From the NCBI GenBank assembly GCA_964499705.1, contig CAZCME010000003.1:62001-126000 (forward strand): a stretch of 64,000 nucleotides of DNA. The letters are read 5' to 3'. The notes beneath the pieces were generated by a model, which saw only the letters and a list, made by a program, of their open reading frames with translations, made no database searches and was not told where the DNA came from. This DNA is from an uncultured bacterium. Lineage in GTDB: Bacteria > UBA8481. The translations under genes were made by a program, and so were the position numbers. Positions 60,206 through 64,000 of the stretch are shown here, piece after piece. Each line of letters begins with the position of its first letter. Within the stretch, counting starts at the first letter, position 1.

Positions 60206-62572
60206 TCAGCGCACTCGTTCGCGATCCCGGAGCGCGGTGATGTAGGCTCCGGGGCCGAATCCGCACATCGGCACGGCGCCGGAGTAATCGGCTTCGTCGA
60301 CGGTGTACAATTCTCCGATCAGGTTGAAATTCCTGGCCGATTGCATCGTCACCCAGTCCATGATCGTTTCGTATCGATCCTTCTCCCCGAGCCGGGCGAA
60401 TGCCGAAGCGATCCTCAGGTCGATCACGACCCATTCCTTCCGATCGTAGTCCCCTCCATCGTCGTTGCGGGCGTAACCCGGAGTGAATTTCATCCTGAGA
60501 TGGCGGTCGAATGCATCCAATGTCGCGCGCGCGATCGAGTCGGACACCATCTCGAAGTTGATCCCTTCGACCGCGCCGGCATCGAGGCATTTCTCGATCT
60601 CCGTGTCTTCATACAATCCCCGGATGCAGGAACTTTCCCTTGATACGAAGGCCGCGAGGAAACCTTCGCGCAGCGCATCGGCGGCGGCCCGGTATTTCCT
60701 CACGTCCTCCGTTCTCCCGAGCTTGTTCGCGAGCTTGACCGAAGCCACGAGGCCGCGGTAGGCGGTCGCGGATGTGTAGGAGAACCGGCGCGCTCCGTTG
60801 TAGCCGTTGTCGATGATGTGCCGCTCCCACGGTCCGGACTCCTGCTTCATGATCTTCAGGTCCTTCTCGACGCAGTGAATGATGACGTCGGAGATTTCCC
60901 TGAAGATGACGTCCGCGTATTTCCGGGCGTAATCCATGTCGCCGGTCGCGTCGATGTAGCGTTCGAAGACCCAGAGAAAGAGGCCGAATCCATCCAGCTC
61001 GATATTGGGATCCTTCCCGCCGTCGGATTCCTCCGTGCCGTCGCCGTAGTAACGGCAGACGGAGATCCTGTAAGGAACGCCGACGCCGTAATCGCGGCCG
61101 TTGGCGACGAAGGACCGGTATTTTCCGCACTCGGCCTCGAGAAAAAATGTCAGCGCGTCTTTCGCCTCCGCCAGGTGATTCGCCAGGATCAGGCCGTTGA
61201 TGGCATACGATCCGTCGCGGATCCAGCAGATGTTCCAATGCCCCGGAGGGATGCTCGCGAGGATCTGGCCGTAGGGTTTGCCGGATTCCCTGCACTGCCC
61301 CATCTTCAGGATCGCCGTTGACATCGCGAAGAGTTCTTCTTCCTCGCGCGTCTTGAACTCAGGCTTTTTTTCCTCAGCGTGCCACTTTTCCCACCACTTT
61401 TCCTCGTCCCAGATCAATTCGGACGGCTTCTTCGGCTCCGGAGCGCGGTCCGCGCCGCCGCGCGTGAATGTCACGGATAGCCCGAACCACTCGCTCTCGG
61501 GCTCGTAGGACGTTATCTCGATGAAGCCGTTTTCGAATTTCGCGGAGACGGATCCGAGTTCGGCGAAAACCTTCAGCGTGATGTAGTCGTCCGTGGATCC
61601 CGACCTGATGACGATGACGCTGTCCTGGGAGAAGACCCGGTCGTTACCGGAGATGTCGAAATCCGCGGCGAATCCCATCTTTCCGGACGCGTTGCCGCGC
61701 GTGTCGATGAGGTAATAGAGCTTCTTCTCATCGGAGTCCATCGGAGCAAAGATGTAAGCCGCGAAGCTGCCGCGACCGAGCTGAGCCGTGTAGCGGACGA
61801 TTCCCGTTCCCGGGATATATCCGGGCTTCTCCATCGAGGGAGGCGTGGCCGGGTTCGATCCGAAGAAGAGGCTCCTGCAGAAATCGCGCGTTCTCGTCTG
61901 CTCGTCGTAGTTGGAATAGATATGCTCGCGGAAGCTGTCGATCCGGTGCTTTTCGAGATTGACCTTGGACGAAGTGAGACCGTTGGAAAAAGGGAGCTGA
62001 TGAAAAGAACGATGCGGTTTGAACCTGTCGCGCATCATCGCGTCGTAAGCCGTCTTCGTCATGATCTTCGGCACCCCCGAGTAGAATCCGCCGCCGCCCC
62101 CGCCGTCGTAAATCCGCACCGCGATCCGGTTCTCTTCCTTCCAGATCGCCTTCGGAACGATGTAGGAACGGTTCATCTCCCACTTCGTCTCGAAGGCCGG
62201 CGGCATGCCGCCGGTCGATCCGACGCGAGTCCCGTTGATGTAAACCTCGTCCGCGTCGTCGATCTTTCCCAGGAAAAGAACGAGATCTTCATCCCGCAGT
62301 TCCGGAGCCAGGGTAACCGACTTGAAATACCAGCCGAAGCCGTCGTAACCGTTGTATCCCGCGTCCTCCCATTTCGTGTTGATGGGGATGGATACCGCCG
62401 AACCCGGGACGCCGGCGGACCACGTCGGATCATCGCCCTTGGCAAAGAGCCATCCCTCGCTGAGAGCAACGGAGGCTTCCTGGGAGACGGCTTTTTCTCC
62501 CGTCATGGCGATCAAGGCAATGATGATTCCCAGGATCGTGCGCGTGCCGGCCGTGCGAGAATATGAAATCAA
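60206..62572 (-). CDS. Secreted GH15-like glycoside hydrolase with N-terminal galactose-binding-like domain
   Basis: Signal peptide; WLF..GDD..W, YDGFGWY, LGKIDDADEVYING; C-terminal CWIRDGSY, ELDG, GPWE, LIGELY; start uncertain. Confidence 0.7.
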   Translation of the reverse strand: MISYSRTAGTRTILGIIIALIAMTGEKAVSQEASVALSEGWLFAKGDDPTWSAGVPGSAVSIPINTKWEDAGYNGYDGFGWYFKSVTLAPELRDEDLVLFLGKIDDADEVYINGTRVGSTGGMPPAFETKWEMNRSYIVPKAIWKEENRIAVRIYDGGGGGGFYSGVPKIMTKTAYDAMMRDRFKPHRSFHQLPFSNGLTSSKVNLEKHRIDSFREHIYSNYDEQTRTRDFCRSLFFGSNPATPPSMEKPGYIPGTGIVRYTAQLGRGSFAAYIFAPMDSDEKKLYYLIDTRGNASGKMGFAADFDISGNDRVFSQDSVIVIRSGSTDDYITLKVFAELGSVSAKFENGFIEITSYEPESEWFGLSVTFTRGGADRAPEPKKPSELIWDEEKWWEKWHAEEKKPEFKTREEEELFAMSTAILKMGQCRESGKPYGQILASIPPGHWNICWIRDGSYAINGLILANHLAEAKDALTFFLEAECGKYRSFVANGRDYGVGVPYRISVCRYYGDGTEESDGGKDPNIELDGFGLFLWVFERYIDATGDMDYARKYADVIFREISDVIIHCVEKDLKIMKQESGPWERHIIDNGYNGARRFSYTSATAYRGLVASVKLANKLGRTEDVRKYRAAADALREGFLAAFVSRESSCIRGLYEDTEIEKCLDAGAVEGINFEMVSDSIARATLDAFDRHLRMKFTPGYARNDDGGDYDRKEWVVIDLRIASAFARLGEKDRYETIMDWVTMQSARNFNLIGELYTVDEADYSGAVPMCGFGPGAYITALRDRERVR

Positions 62573-62632
62573 GAGCGTACCTTTCCCTTCGTCTTCATAT
62601 TCCCCGTCGCACTTCCTGGCGGAATGCCGGGA

Positions 62633-63682
62633 CTAGAGCGCGTATTTCGGGCCCGCCGTCACCACGACGTCCTTGTAATTTTCCATCGTGATCGCCTTGA
62701 CCGGAGTCAGCACGGTCTTGATCCCGACCGCATCCTTGTAGGTGGTGGGAGGATCCTTCGCGTCGGGCGTTTTCCCGCTCGCGATGTCGACGGCCAGTTT
62801 CGCGGCCGTGGCCGCCAGCGTGATCTCATCCTTGTAGATGTCCTGCTGCTGCTTGCCTTCAATGATGTATTCCACGTTCGACTTGTCCGCGTCCGCGCCC
62901 GTGATGAAGATCTGTCCGATCTTTCCGGCCTTCTCCACGGCCTGGACCGCGCCGCGCGCCATCCCGCTGTTGTTGCAGAGAATGGCTTTCACGTCCTTAT
63001 TGGAGACGAGAGCGTTCTCGACTGTGGCCAGGGCTTGCTCCGTGCCCCACGCGTCATGATACTGCTTCACGGCCACGGTGACGCCTGCCGCTTCCAGCGC
63101 GTCCAGGTTCGCCTTCGTGATCGCTTCCGCGACGCTGTGCCCCTGCTGCCCGCTGCAGATGACGACCTTGCCCGGCCCGCCGTTCGCCGTCATCCACGCG
63201 ATGGCGGCTTCCGCCTGGAGCTTGCCGACGTCGAAGGAATTCTGGCCCGCATAGAAATCGAGATCCTTGTGGTTGATCATCCGGTCATACGCGATGACGG
63301 GGATGTTCTTCGCGTGAGCCTTTTCCACGAACACGCCGGCGTTGTCGCTATTGACCGGCTGGATCACGAGGACGCTGACACCCTGCGAAAGCAGGGACTC
63401 GACATTGGAGGCCTGTGTCGCCTCGTCGTTGTTGGCTGAGAGAAAGATCACTTCCGCGCCGGCGGCTTCGGCCGCTTCGATGAACGCGGCCTTGTCCCGC
63501 TGGTAACGCTCTTCCTGTTCCGTCCCGAGAATGAATCCGATCTTGACGGCTTTGGGGGCGGCCGGAGCGGCATCCATGGTGGGCGTCGGAGCCGGAGCCG
63601 GTTTGCCACAGGCGATCGTGGAGACGAGGAGAAAGGCGCCGGCCAGAATCAGGCCGGTCAGTCGAATGGAACGAGCATACAT
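62633..63682 (-). CDS. Sugar ABC transporter substrate-binding lipoprotein (XylF/ChvE-like)
   Basis: Lipobox TIAC; EERYQRD, IAYDRMI, ITGADA, IYK; GGAGG SD before ATG 63682. Confidence 0.85.
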   Translation of the reverse strand: MYARSIRLTGLILAGAFLLVSTIACGKPAPAPTPTMDAAPAAPKAVKIGFILGTEQEERYQRDKAAFIEAAEAAGAEVIFLSANNDEATQASNVESLLSQGVSVLVIQPVNSDNAGVFVEKAHAKNIPVIAYDRMINHKDLDFYAGQNSFDVGKLQAEAAIAWMTANGGPGKVVICSGQQGHSVAEAITKANLDALEAAGVTVAVKQYHDAWGTEQALATVENALVSNKDVKAILCNNSGMARGAVQAVEKAGKIGQIFITGADADKSNVEYIIEGKQQQDIYKDEITLAATAAKLAVDIASGKTPDAKDPPTTYKDAVGIKTVLTPVKAITMENYKDVVVTAGPKYAL

Positions 63683-63755
63683 GCGGAAGCCTCCGAAAAA
63701 GGAATGCGAATTTGTACTCGCTCCTTGATGGGGAATCAACGCGAAAGTGAACCGG

Positions 63756-63890
63756 TTTAACAGGATGGGCAGGATTGGGGAGGAATGAAAACCACTTCCC
63801 GATAACAGGACTGCATTACCCTCATTTCTGCCGTAAATCCATCCTGCCTATCCTGCTCATCCTGTTATTACTTCTCGCGGGGAACTTCGG
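63756..63890. mobile_element. Second, inverted and degenerate copy of the MITE-like element
   Basis: Reverse complement of 63780-63810 matches 53311-53341 at 30/31 nt; both CAGGAT arms present; one terminus GGGGAACTTCGG kept at the same 13-nt spacing; other terminus not recognisable. Confidence 0.72.
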
Positions 63891-63981
63891 AGAACCGCTT
63901 CAGGGCGCGCCGGAAGTCGCAAATCCAAAGCATCCTTCGGAGCGCGATGTCAGGATTCAGGATTTCGCCTATACTTCGCCC

Positions 63982-64000
63982 ATGCCGTCCCTGGTCCTGC
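63982..64000 (+). CDS. Possible start of a gene running off the window (MPSLVL...)
   Basis: TATACT(63970-63975)-6 nt-ATG(63982), same arrangement as other leaderless genes; only 6 codons visible. Confidence 0.35.

Noticed and set aside
53540-64000. tRNA-Lys as attL of an integrated island
   Set aside because: No duplicate of the tRNA 3' end and no integrase seen within the window; cannot exclude one beyond it

Overview
GC-rich bacterial chromosomal window, probably from a diderm since it encodes an LpxH-like enzyme. It mixes housekeeping genes (acs, class II aldolase, secD-secF-rel, rlmN-aroE-aroK, prfB with its +1 frameshift, grpE-dnaJ, metH, cobO, tRNA-Lys) with envelope-glycosylation genes (four GT-C-type membrane proteins, two GT2, GT4, MBOAT plus an SGNH partner). 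Signalling modules include a c-di-AMP riboswitch in front of a duplicated KimA/KUP-like K+ transporter, GAF-EAL and GGDEF proteins, and an H-NOX / kinase / receiver / hybrid-kinase operon. There is also a Phd-ParE toxin-antitoxin pair and several secreted carbohydrate-active proteins. Most notable observations: (1) a 171-bp MITE-like element (53232-53402) with 15-bp terminal inverted repeats and a perfect 9-bp target-site duplication, enclosing a 9-nt-periodic CAGGAT palindrome that recurs at three other intergenic sites; (2) about a dozen genes with a -10 box 6-8 nt before the start codon and no Shine-Dalgarno, suggesting pervasive leaderless translation; (3) a SecF with a ~240-aa periplasmic insertion resembling degenerate ComEA-type helix-hairpin-helix repeats. 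No CRISPR array, rRNA or transposase was found. All family assignments come from motif recognition by eye, not database searches.
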